This document shows positions 24,101 through 35,794 of a stretch of DNA of 64,000 nt, piece by piece; the stretch's first letter is position 1; every line of letters starts with the position of its first letter. The DNA is taken from positions 83,700,001 through 83,764,000 of the forward strand of contig CM060731.1 of assembly GCA_030704615.1 (NCBI GenBank). Reading direction: 5' to 3'. The notes below the pieces were generated by a model. It saw only the letters and a list, made by a program, of their open reading frames with translations. It was not told the origin of the DNA and searched no databases. The position numbers were made by a program, and so were the translations under genes. Source of the DNA: Takakia lepidozioides. Its lineage: Eukaryota; Plantae; Bryophyta.

Positions 24101-27100
24101 GGGCCCAAGCTGTGTCTACACACCCGAGATGCAGAAACAATGGCATGCCGCGCATCTGGTTGGCTGCCCGTGGTACCTGGACATGTCTGGCAGAATTGTT
24201 GACGAGTCTGAGAAAGATCTGCACGCAAAAGTAGAAGAGAAGAGAAAGGAAAGACGTGTCCCTGCTCGGCCAGAGTCGGCAAAGGAAGCTGCTGCTCTGG
24301 AACAATCCAGAAAGGCAGCTGAGATGGCACAAAAGACGGTGGATGCAGTTGTGCAGGCTCAACAGAAGGGGTCCAAGAAGCGGACTCGCCAGCAAGGAGC
24401 AGCAGTTGTGACACCCAAGAATACGAAGAAGCAGAAACAGATAGTGCAGGTAGAGGGTGAGGAAGAGGACTCCGATGGAGACTTTGCAACCAGCCCACCC
24501 CCCAAGACGCAGCCGAAATCCCCTATGCCCACCATTGTCACGAGATGGATGAGAACTGGCTCGACAAAGAAGGCACTCTTCAACCCCCGGGGGGGCACCC
24601 TTTCGAGCCGGTGGAAATGAAGAGGCCAAAAGTGGATCCCGATACAGTAGTCCAGTGTGTGAATGAGAGTTTCTTGGCGGCTTTGGATGGACGGGCAGCC
24701 AAGTTGGCATACATGAAGACCATGGAGGGTCTGAAGGGCAGAGCACTGAAGAAGGCGGCTGCCGAAGAGCCTTCCGACACCCCTGGGTTTCTGAAGATGG
24801 TCTTGTTTTTTGAGAGGGTTTGTGCAGACAAGGATTGCAGGAGGGGCGGAAATGCCACCGAGTGGTCTTGCGATATGATCATCTTGGATATTCCGGACGG
24901 AGAGCCTGTGGAAGGACTGCAAGCTTTGCCATCTTGGAACAGGTACTCCGAGGACTTTTGGAAGAAAGGATTCGGGCTCGCCCGCATGGTGTTGGACGAC
25001 AGAGGTTGTGTGGTTGTCCTGGCGAGCAGAGGCAAAAACACGCAGACAGGAATTGCGAAGTGGACCCGCAAGAGCGCCGTCCCAATTCTGAAGAAGAAGT
25101 GGACGTGCATCAACACATTGGGCCTTCGGTCGGAAGGGAAGAAGGTAATTACGACATTGGCACTCGTCCTTTCATTTTCTTAGGAGTTTTGAAATGCGGT
25201 GCCGCATTCGATTTCTAATCGTTCCCCACTGTGTATGCAAACGAAGCAGTTCGATGCATACTGCTTTGTGAAGGAGAACTCCACCTTTGCTTTTCGGAAG
25301 GAGGGATTGTTGGTTGACCCGAACTGCGACCCCATCAATTACGACGTCCTGTTCAACAACGTTCCCACGGAACTTCTCCCTCATAGCCTCACTTCAACTG
25401 AACCCCTGCGGTATTCACGGACTCGGAGCCCTGCCTTCATTCAGACAATTATTGTCGCGCACCTCACTTCGGTAAGCTCCCCTTCAAGTCATAGTACTCG
25501 CTTTGATGCGCGCGCCTGATTCCAACCTGGCCGCCGGGCCAACTTGGAGCTTCGGCTGCTCACCGGGGCATAAAGGTCCCCCCCCTTTGTTCTCCCAAAG
25601 AACCCTCCACCGATTTGGAACCAGCAGGAATTCCCTTTGGTAGTTGGCAGTCCGGAACAGCTCCCCACTCTTTGGTCGCTTTTCGGCTCGCTCGCTTACT
25701 CACTAGTTTTTGGTCACCAACGGGCTTGCACCGTTCTCGGGGTTACTACTCCCTATATATACTTCTGTAGCTGTCCGCGGGGGTTTCACAACCAGCCATG
25801 CCATTTTATGGCGAACCACCACGAAGACCCTCGATTCCCGGTGGTGAGTCGCGGTGAGTCTTGGCCCACTCACCGCGGCCCCAATGGACCGTGATGAGTC
25901 CCAAGACTCCCCACGACTCCCACCTCGAGGTCTCCACCCCATGGTGAGTCCTATGCCACCCCCACTAAGCCCCGCTAAGCTACCACCACCCCTTGTGGAG
26001 CCACCCCCACCGCAACCCGGTGTGAGGGGCTCCACCTAGTGAGCGCCTCTGCCTCCTAGAGTGCCTTGGGCACTCAAGGGTGCTTCAGCCCCCGTACCTA
26101 TTGCTGCTACTGCCCCCACCACAGGGGCAGCCCCTCTTGTGTCCCGACCCCCCCTGCCCTCAAGGCAAAGGGCCGCGACAATTATGGAGACATGCACTGA
26201 CGTGGAGGGCACAGTGCTCGACCTCATCTGTGGGACAGGTATGCAGAATCTTGTTGTATGCTATTCTGCAAATTCTCGTTATGCTTTCATTCGCAACATC
26301 TGAAGGGCCATGTCATAATATGTGGATGGCATTGTAACAGGTGCCTCAATGTGGGCTGGGTGGTTTTCCGACCGGCACCTCTTTGCCTACGAGGAGGACA
26401 CATCCGTCTGGGGATCCCATCTGGAAGGGCTGCAACGGAATGTGAAGGCTCCCATCGAAGCCAAGGACTCCTCGGATTTGTCGGAGTTGGAGGAAGAGAC
26501 AGTGGACATTGATGCCGAGGAGAACCCGCAATACGAGTGAGTGCAAACATTATAAGTTTGCAAAGCCTTCTGGGTGATTTTTTGTCAAACGCATTTCCGG
26601 ACTGTGGTTCTCATTGGTCTCGTTGGTGATTGTTATGTGCAGGATTCCAGGATCCGGGTCAAAACATGTAGGGCCTACACTTCCTGCCAGGAAGAATGTC
26701 ACGTTCTTTGCGAGGGCCGACTTCATGACGAGCCCGGTGAAGGACTTCTCCCTTCCTAGTTATGCAGCTAAACTCGCAAATACAGCGATTAGACGATGTG
26801 AGAATCCCAGTAAAGTAGAGCAGATTTTGGAGAGGGCTAGGGATGACAGAAGGATAAGAAAAGAGTTGGCAACAGCTGAGACAGGTAGACGGGTGCGAAA
26901 GTTCATATGTGATTCAGCGGATGAGAGCGATGCAGACAGGGAGGAAAACGAGCCAACGGAGGTGAGATGGTCGGTTCCGCAAGGTGAAGATGGGATTTTT
27001 GAAAGCCTGGCCAACGAGCAGTCCGCTAGAGATGAGAAAGGCAATGACGGGGTGGAGGCGGAGCAGGACAGTCAAGGACAGGACGACGATAGTGATGATT

Positions 27101-27111
27101 TTCAAGATTAA
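21162..27111 (+). pseudogene. Subfamily-2 spliced ParB-like/beta-class methyltransferase gene, disrupted
   Basis: N-terminal RRKLRKLYFGRRP; ParB-like IPLCRMVSLPIVRQALPGDVDKLKFAF...GKMFFV(*)..NHRLLAW; motif IV region CDMIILDIPDG (DIPDG at 24887); motif I VLDLICGTG|ASMWAG. GT-AG introns, e.g. 22691-22802 and 23921-24025. Disrupted by stops, frameshifts and a solo LTR. Confidence 0.85.
25453..26180 (-). mobile_element. Solo LTR of the chromovirus family
   Basis: TGTCGCG...CGCGACA flanked by a perfect 5-bp TSD ATTAT (25448-25452 and 26181-26185). Removing it restores ...AFIQTIMETC... Confidence 0.95.
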
Positions 27112-27244
27112 TAGAATTTTAATGAACTCTCTGTGCATTTAAATTCTATTCCAAAGTATATAAAGGAAATTCTCCCCGTCCTTCATGTCCCCTCTCCCAT
27201 TTGCTTCTCAACGACAACATCGTCCAAACCTGGTCCCTCCCAAA

Positions 27245-28295
27245 ATCTGAAATGCGGCACCGCATTTCAATGTCTGAACGGAAATGTGGCAACTGCAAAA
27301 ACCTCCTTTGGAAATGCGGCACCGCATTTCCAAAACCGGGGCAAGAACAATTTTCCGTTTCATGGTTTGGACATCAGAACATGTTCAGACAAACGGAAAT
27401 GCGGTGCCGCATTTCCGTTTCCTACACGACAGTTTTGCCGATTGCCAACTCCTTCCATGGAGGTAAATGGAAATGCGGAGGTCGAACATGGAAATGCGGT
27501 GCCGCATTTACCTTTTGGAGATGGACATTTTTCCAACTGCAGACCCATCGACGGAAATGCGGCTCCCCATTCCATGATGCTAGACGGGAATGCGACACCC
27601 CATTCCATTGTCCAATAAGAAATTTCGATGACGTACATGGAAATGCGGCGCCGCATTTCCAAAACGGACATCGTTGTTTGTCCAATTCCAGACCCTTTGA
27701 CGGAAATGCGGCACCGCATTCCATCGTCCTATATAAACTTACATTGTCCTATAAAAACTTTTGATTGCCCAACATGAAAATGCGGCGTCGTTTCCAAAAC
27801 AGACATCGTTGTTTGTCCAATTCCAGACCCGTGTGGGCATTCCGTCTTGATGGACGGAAATGTGGCACCGCATTCCATTGTCCAATACGATATTTTGATG
27901 ACGGACATGGAAATGCGGTGCCGCATTTCCATAACGGACATCGTTGTTTGTCCAATTCCAGACCCTTCGACGGAAATGCGGCACCGCATTCCATTGTGCT
28001 CTCCGGAAATGTTGTGCCGCATTTCATTGTCCGGTACAAAATTTCGATGACGGACATGGAAATGCGGTGGCACATTTCAAGTATGGACATGGACAAGCAT
28101 TAGCGACTGGACATGCTCGGACAATTCAAGGTCCAATATGGAAATGCGGCGCCGCATTTCAAATTCGAAGTATGGTAATGCCATGTCAGGAAATGAAATG
28201 TTGTACAGCATTTCCGTTACGACGACAACGGAGGAAAGGGAGCTGCCAGAAATCGCTGCATGGAGAAAAATGAAATGCGGTGCCGAATTTCCGAG
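27245..28295. repeat. Downstream array of GAAATGCGGNNCCGCATTTC palindromes
   Basis: About 18 copies; ~120-130 bp higher-order units with GACGGACATGGAAATGCGG. Confidence 0.9.
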
Positions 28296-28568
28296 CTTCG
28301 GCGTGTACATGTTTCCTTTTACTCATAGATGGATTTTCTTCACCTCAGGACTCTGATATCGCTGACTCTGGTATATTCATATGGACAGACACATTGTAGA
28401 AATGAGACCTCAAATTGTAAACAGTGGGCCAATTACGGCAGTTCTTGAACACGATGAAACACAAGCACACAGAAGTGAGGTACGATGGGTTGTTTTATTG
28501 ATCGAACATGGTGTCTCACATTTAGCAACTCCAAACAAATCTAAGCCCTTCCTCCTTCTACATGGGCG

Positions 28569-29147
28569 TCACCAAGTCGACGGAACTTCGATAGCCCTCA
28601 AAAGAAGCTCATTACTGATGCGGCACCTCGAGGTAAACTGCAATGCGGTCGATTTGGTGCCCTTGGTGGAGCTGACGACAATGTCATGCCCATCAATCAT
28701 ACCACCATAATACATTGACAAGGTCACTGTGGGCCTCCTGTGCCCGTGCGATTCGTCTTCGCAACTCAGCCGAATGTCTCCATACACTGGAAAAGCGGAG
28801 TGAACTCCACGAATATAGTTTTCCCCGGTGCCGTCCTCCCTGGTCCACTGGCAGCAGTTCCAGCGCCAAAGTGAGGCCGTGCGTGATCTGTCCGGCATCC
28901 CATTCCACCTTGGTATATCGAGGTCAACAATTTTCAGGACCCACGGACCGCATTGACCCTCGCCCTCACCTCGCTCAAAGCGGTAATAGCCCTCCAGATA
29001 CTCCATTGCGCGTAAAGACTCCCGCTTGATTCCAGAAACGTCTTTGAAAACAGAGAGCCAGACAATGATGTCTCCTGATTCTGGTTTTAACATAGCATAA
29101 TCGTGGCCATGATAAGGGCAGTCAGCAGGATTTCGGCGGCACGGCAT
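28569..29147 (-). CDS. Hypothetical protein or exon (~190 aa), convergent with the subfamily-2 MTase gene
   Basis: Open frame MPCRRNPADCPYHGHDY...EVPSTW with globular composition; no family recognised. Confidence 0.4.
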   Translation of the reverse strand: MPCRRNPADCPYHGHDYAMLKPESGDIIVWLSVFKDVSGIKRESLRAMEYLEGYYRFERGEGEGQCGPWVLKIVDLDIPRWNGMPDRSRTASLWRWNCCQWTREDGTGENYIRGVHSAFPVYGDIRLSCEDESHGHRRPTVTLSMYYGGMIDGHDIVVSSTKGTKSTALQFTSRCRISNELLLRAIEVPSTW

Positions 29148-29409
29148 CCTTGAAAAAGAGTAGCGGAGTATGCTGAGGTTTGCTATTTCATGAGCATGAG
29201 CGGCATGAGCGGCATGAGCAGAGTAGTAACACAATCGGTTTTCATGAGCAGAAGTACAAATTTCGAAAATAAAAAACAATAAAAAACAATAATTTAATGC
29301 AATGTGTCAGGAAAAACAAATATATTATTCGGCCCCTTGAAGGAAAATTGCACTTTTGACAGTTGTGCTCATAAATTTCGTCTTCCGCTCATGCCAATTC
29401 CCAGCGACA

Positions 29410-29780
29410 TGTGCAAATATGGGCCGAATTTCGCGGTAATAGGGTCCGTAACCTGAAAAAACGGCGACGTATTTCGCGGCAATAGGTCTCTCTGGCGAAA
29501 AATGGTGCCGAATTCCACGGCTATAGGTCCCCTCATGACAGGTAATTCGGCGCCATTTTTCCAGTGCATGTTCGGACTTAGCCAGTTTTCGGCCCAAAAA
29601 AGAGAAATTCGGCGCCATTTTCCAGACCACGGTACCAGTGCATGTTGGGACTTAGCCAGTTTTCGGCCCCAAAAGAGAAATTCGGCGCCATTTTCCCAAA
29701 CACAGGTACCAGTGCATGTTGGGACTTAGCGAGTTTTCGGCCCCAAAAAGAGAAATTCGGCGCCATTTTTCCAGAAATGG
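29410..29780. repeat. Left subterminal array (~60-bp unit with GAAATTCGGCGCCATTTT and GGGACTTAGCC)
   Basis: Visible tandem units; counterpart of 49770-50220. Confidence 0.85.
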
Positions 29781-29928
29781 CCCCACAACTGCTTCTGTTG
29801 GATCTCAGTTTGAATGGATATTGCCTCATTCCAGGAGTTTTGGGGTGCATTTCATTACATGCAAAAAAAAAGTCTGATACAGCAAAATGCATTTGAAAAT
29901 ATCCATATGGAGGATTCCGTTTGCCCCA

Positions 29929-32900
29929 TCAATGATTTCTGGAATCCCTAAGGAGGAGTTTGTGCAGCTCGTTCACGCTCAACGCCGGTGCATGAATAAA
30001 GTCATCAATAGTCACGTTCATCCTCAACCTCTTCAGGTAAATGTAATGCTTGCACGGATATACTTCGAACCCTTCTTTGCTTCATCAACGAGAAGTCCGT
30101 ACAGTTGCAAGTCGGCTCCACTCCAATCGTAATTGTGTATACATCGTCGCGTACAGCCGAACGATACACAAGGCCGGGTGGGGGTACGTCCACGGAGCTC
30201 TGAATAGTGCAAGCCATCCCAAGAGCATTGGCAATCCGAGTCTCATTCAACTTGTTGGGAGGGTGTCGTCTCTTCACTCTTCCGAATCGCATTGTGGGAT
30301 GTGCAGATGTCCAATCCGTCTCTACTGGACCGAGCAGTCTGCAATGGCTGGGTCTGAGGAACCGGAAATGCGTGGGCCGGGATGTCTGTGCGTTGCACCA
30401 TTCGAAATCCTGCTGCAGATAGAGCATCCGCCTCATTCTGAGAGAGGCTGCAACCCGGTGCAACAGGCCAGACGCCCGGAGGCTCCGGCATTCCCTGAAT
30501 CCCGTACTCTGGGCTTGCCAAATACACAGGTCATTGCTGTCGGCCTACAGAACCAAAATGTCTGCGTTGTGGCGTGAGCAAATGTGGGAGTCAAAAATTT
30601 GCCGCTGAAACAAGGTGCAGGTACAGCACCGTGTGGGTTCCTCCGAAACATCTCACCACAGCGTGCTCTCGTATCCACCCGGATGGCGCACACTTCCCTC
30701 GAAATCCGGCAATGTCCTCGCAATTCTCCACTTGACTCCGACACTCTTGTCTCCACAATGGGAATGTTGTATTGCTTTACTAAGATGGCTCGTTATGTTG
30801 CCGGGGCACGCCGCCCTGTGCTCAAAGGAGATGGCGATCTTGAACGTGCAGGACTTCCGGTGCTCGACGAGACCTCCTCGGACAACATCACCGGACCACG
30901 AGGGAGCGTGCGAATATTCTGTCAGCTCGCCATGAATCCTCTTCTCCGCCAGGTGCCTCGTCAAGTCTTCGTCTCACTGGACGGGTATGAACATCTCCTT
31001 CCAAATGTTGGCCTCTTCGCAGCAATGGCGTGTCCCGAAGCCCTCTCGCAAGGCCGCCGCCCACTTCCGAGGATCTTCGATCTGGAGGCAGTCCGCATCA
31101 GCATTTCCTGCCTGTCCGGCCCCAAGCCCCATGTGTTTCCCTTTCAGAACTCGTTGTACCTGCATTGCTGCATAATTGACCACACAATGTCCTCCGTTGT
31201 GGCAGTGAGGATGTCCACCAGATGCCGCCGCAGAGGAGGCACGCCAGGAAGAGTGCACTGATTCGGCCATGTTTGTCGTGGGCATGTCCGTGTCGGAGTC
31301 GAGACACATTTCCTGCACAAGCACATGTTGAGGTTTACAAGCAAGTTACAAATATGGCCAAGAATAATATCCAACGGGACGCGAATTCGTGCAACTCACC
31401 TCCCGCATATAGTCGCCGAACTGGAGGAACGATAATGCCACCATGCTAGCCAACCTGACCATTGCTCCTTCGTCTGATTTCCTTACAGCACCTGACGATG
31501 TCCACCAAGCCCTATGCATGCAAACTGTGTCTCTGCATCATCCAAGGTGGGAGCCGCGCTTCCACGCAAGGCACATGAAACGGTGCTCCCTCTGAAATCT
31601 GGCGCCACGACTTGTTGTGTACTGCGAAAGGCTCTGCAGAAAATGGAAACCCACAAGATCTCTCCTGCTTCCATGGGGAACATTGGGGTCTTGGCCCGTA
31701 CACCCTTCGGATGGCAGCCCAATTTGCTTGTGCGTTGTCCGCCATAAACCACGGAAATTGGGGGGGGGCAAATCCCCGCCCTTGGCCCTCTGTTCGCCAT
31801 ATCGTTGCCAATTCCTGCCAAGACCCAACTGTTTGACAAGTTCCCACCGTCATCCTGTCGACCAGTTCGACGCCACTGCCAGGTCCACACGTGGACATTT
31901 TGAATACGAAACAACGATCTGCTCAGTCCCTTGTCCTGGAAACCCTACTTCCATGAATGTAGTCATATCCACATCGTCGCTTCACCTCCAGAATGGGAGT
32001 GCATATCCGAGCCACGCCCAATTTTCTGTTTGCATGAGACAATGTGGTTTCGGACATTTGGTGAACGTGGGACACCGACTCCAGCAATGCCTCCATTTCC
32101 TTCTCGTCGAGAGGAACTCTATCGGAGCCGTCTTCCGACATAATTCTGGCCAATGCCATCTTATGGGCGGCTTGGAGCTGTATCTGTTTGGGTTTGGCAC
32201 CCGGTCTCAACTTAACCTCCTCCTGAACGAGCTGCTCTGCTTCGTGGGCAGCCTCCGCGAGTCCCCCTCGCCAATTGTGACAATGGGGAACCAACGTGTA
32301 TGCAAGCTCGGGGTGAGGTCAGGAAACGGTGCAAACACATAGAACTGCTTGGCATTACAAACAGACATGCAGTGTGGTGGTTCTTTGCAATGCGCACACT
32401 TAAATATGGAGTTCGGAACCTTCTCCTGAGCTCGAAATGGTTGGTGAGTTGTGCCTGTCCAATCGGTCTCGTTCCTGTGACCTCTGGATTTAAAGTGGAA
32501 GCAAGTTGGGGAGAAACACTGCAACGCGCCGCACAAACAACGTAGCGCAACCCGCACACCATCAAGCATCTTCATGCTGGTGGGTTTTGGTAACGCACCA
32601 AGATGACCGTCATGTTTTCTATCCATATCTGTCAACATTCCGGACGCCTCGAGTAGTCCGCACGAGGAGGGAACTCAAAGAAGATATTACCGTCGACGTC
32701 GCGGGAAGGCATGTAACCCGATTTAATTGCGAACTTGCTGTAGTCCAGCCGGCCAGCTCCGACCGGTGTCCCTCCAGGTGAAGCCCTCGCAGAATTTCTA
32801 GAATAGATCGAACTGCGGTGCTCGTGCTGGGAATATGACTCCCTCCTCCACTGACGTCCATTGAGGACTTGCTGATCTCAGGACGACCTCGGAACTTCCA

Positions 32901-33482
32901 TGACCTCGTCTGAGTCGGACAGGTTGTGAACAACCGGTTCTCGGTCGTCTTCATGGATGGGTTCGGCTCTGGATTACTTCGTTGCGGACTTCTCTCTTTG
33001 AGGTACCCCACTCTCTGATTCGCGGATTGTTTCGTGGAAGGCGCCAGGATAGACGGTGCATTTGGCGGGCAAAATGAAGTCCCCAACAGCCCTGTGTATA
33101 TGACGCTGTCCGATGGTGGAACTCGCCATTCCCGCCATCGCCGAAATCATCGTGGAGCACAACAATACTCTCGACAACAAGGCCGTTTGAGTCCTTCCTT
33201 TCCTCCTCCAAAAAAAACGACCCGGTTTCAGGTGGTATCGAACGCACAGATATTTCTCCATCACCCGGCAGGTGTCTCCTCTGCACGGGAAATGAAGCTC
33301 TATTGCTCGTGAGGAGGGGCAGTACACTGTAGCGCTGGGTTTTCCGCCATGGGAGATGTGCACACAAGACTGCCAGGATGGCGTGCGGGGAGCTCCCTGG
33401 TAGAAGGGGGTGCAGCGATGGGAATGAATGCGATGGCCGATTTGTCCGAGCGACGAAGCTTGATCCAAATCCAGGGAGCCAA
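29929..33482 (-). pseudogene. MULE transposase of copy B (frameshifted, ~140-bp deletion)
   Basis: Fragments match copy C: FMADNAQANW, PTTNMAESVHSSW and SWIM CNCTDF. A deletion at ~31820 removes the MFDHIK segment. Confidence 0.88.
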
Positions 33483-33649
33483 CTATCTCAAAAATCACAG
33501 TCAGAGTGTTAATGAACCTTGTCTCCGGAATGCGGCCCTTGGTCTTTGCGCAATAACTGCCAACGGTATGCAGTCAGAAAGTGGGGGCCGTCCGGATGAT
33601 GACGGCTGAAGGGAGAAGAAGCCGGCACCGTGCCCTCACATTACTACCC

Positions 33650-35590
33650 CGAATGGAAATTCGGCACCCAATATCCAACAGAGGAAGCCCGGATGAAGTC
33701 GCCTCGGGCGCAGAGGCCGGAGTGTGTGCGACAGAGAACATCCCCTGGATGGAGATTCGCGCCTAATTTCCATCCGGCCCCCCAAAGGGAGTCGTGTCGG
33801 GGGTCAGGCCGAAAACTGGACGGCATAAAAACATCCCAGATGGAAAAAACGGCGCCGAATTTCCATCCGGGCGGTTCGGATGCAGTCGGGGAGGGGGGAG
33901 TGGCCGCAGTTGGCCGTCACATTTCAACCCCCGGACGGAAATTCGGCACCGAATATCGAACAGGGGAACGCCGGATGAAGTCGCCTCGGGCGCAGAGGCC
34001 GGCGAGTGTGCGACAGAGAAACATCCCATGGACGGAGATTCGGCGCGAATTTCCATCCGGCCCCCCCCAAGGAAGTCTTGTCGGGGGGTCAGACCGAAAA
34101 ATGGCCGACATAAAAACCTCCACAGATGGGAAAACGGCGCCGAATGCATCCTGCAGGTAAGTGGAATCCCGGATGGATGGAAATTCGGCGCCGAATTTCC
34201 ATCCAGCAGGTAAGTGGAATCCCGGATGGATGGAGATTCGGCGCCGAATTTCCGTCCAGCAGGTAAGTGGAATCTCGGGTGGATGGAGATTCGGCGCCGA
34301 ATTTCCGTCCAGCAGGTAAGTGGAATCTCGGGTGGATGGAGTTGGAGATTCGGCGCCGAATTTCCATCCTGCAGGTAATTCGAATACCGGATGAATGGAA
34401 ATTCGGCGCCGAATTTCCATCAAGCACGTAAGCCGAATCCCGCATAAATGGAAATTCGGCGCCGAATTTCCATCCAGCAGGTAAGTCGGATGGGTGCGTA
34501 TGGATATTCGACGCCGAATTTCCATTCGACATGTATTCTGAGCGTGGAATTACCTTCATGCATGGAATTCCCATATGAGAATTACCTTTGTGCAGGTAAT
34601 TTCCAGATGAGAATTACCTTCCTCCAGGTAATTCCAATCGATGTGAATTCTTCGTCCACAATACCTGCACGAAGGTAATTCTCATCTGGAAATTACCTGC
34701 ACGAAGGTAATTCTCATCTGGAAATTACCGCACAAAGGTAATTTCATCTGGGAATTACCTGCACGAAGGTAATTCCACGCTCATAAATACTGGCGAATGG
34801 AAATTCGGCGCGAATATCCATTTGGCACCGATTCGACTTACCTGCAGGATGGAAATTCGGCACCGAATTTCCATTATGCGGGATTCGAGTTACCTGCTGG
34901 ATGGAATTCAGGCCGATTTTCCATTCATCCGGTATGGAATTACCTGCTGGATGGAAATCGGCGCCGAATTTCCATTTATGCGGGATTCGACTTACCTGCT
35001 GGATGGAAATTCGGCGCCGAATTTCCATTCATCCGGGATCCGATTACCTGCAGGAGGGAAATTCGGCGCCGACTTACCTGCTTGAGGGAAATTTGGCGCA
35101 CCGCCCTACCTGCGCGGATGGAAATTCGGCGCCGGATTTTCCATCCGCGCGCTTCCGAATTACCTGCATGAGGGAAATTTCCACCGCCGCCCTACCTCCG
35201 CGGATTGGAAATTCGGGCGGAGGATTTCCATCGCGGCGCCTTTCCAATTACCTGCATGAGGGAAATTTCCAACCGCCGCCCTACCTCCCGCGGATGGAAA
35301 TTCGGCGCCGGATTTCCATCGCGCGCTTCCGAATTACCTGCATGAGGGAAATTTCCACCGCCGCCCCGACCTCCGCGGATGGAAATTCGGCGCCGATTTC
35401 CATCCGCGCGCTTCCGAATTACCTGCATGAGGGAAATTTCCAGCGCCGCCCTTCCTGCCCCCCCCCGCGGATGGAAATTCGGCGCCGGATATCCATCCTG
35501 CTGCGCTCCGATGATTACCTGCAGGAGGGAAATCCGGCGCCGGAATTCCATCGTGCAGCGCTCCGAATTACCTCTACGTTGGAAATTCCG
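33650..35590. repeat. Central palindrome array of copy B
   Basis: GGATGGAAATTCGGCGCCGAATTTCCATCC units plus a GAATTACCT..AGGTAATTC core at ~34545-34780. Confidence 0.92.
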
Positions 35591-35794
35591 GGACTGTTTA
35601 CGTCGATTTTCATCCGACATGGAGGGCTTCATCCGACATTTAATTGCGCAGTTGGGCAATAAATGTCGACGGCCGTCGGTTATTATTTGGGCTGGCGACG
35701 CATGGCTTCCTGGACACTTACCCTAAATCTCATTCTAAATTGGCTTAACATGGTATTCCAGGCATGTACCCCAAAAAGGAGATTTTTGGCTGGG

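Larger units (their letters stand above)
19529..29174 (+). mobile_element. Subfamily-2 MULE-MTase element body (termini not seen)
   Basis: Palindrome arrays at both sides of a spliced ParB-MTase gene homologous to copy C, with matching intron positions. Interrupted on the right by copy B. Confidence 0.8.

Noticed and set aside
28569-29279. 236-aa ORF starting MFFIFEICTSAHEN
   Set aside because: The first ~35 codons read through copy B's TIR (the same peptide occurs at 49359-49637); only the part below 29175 is considered.
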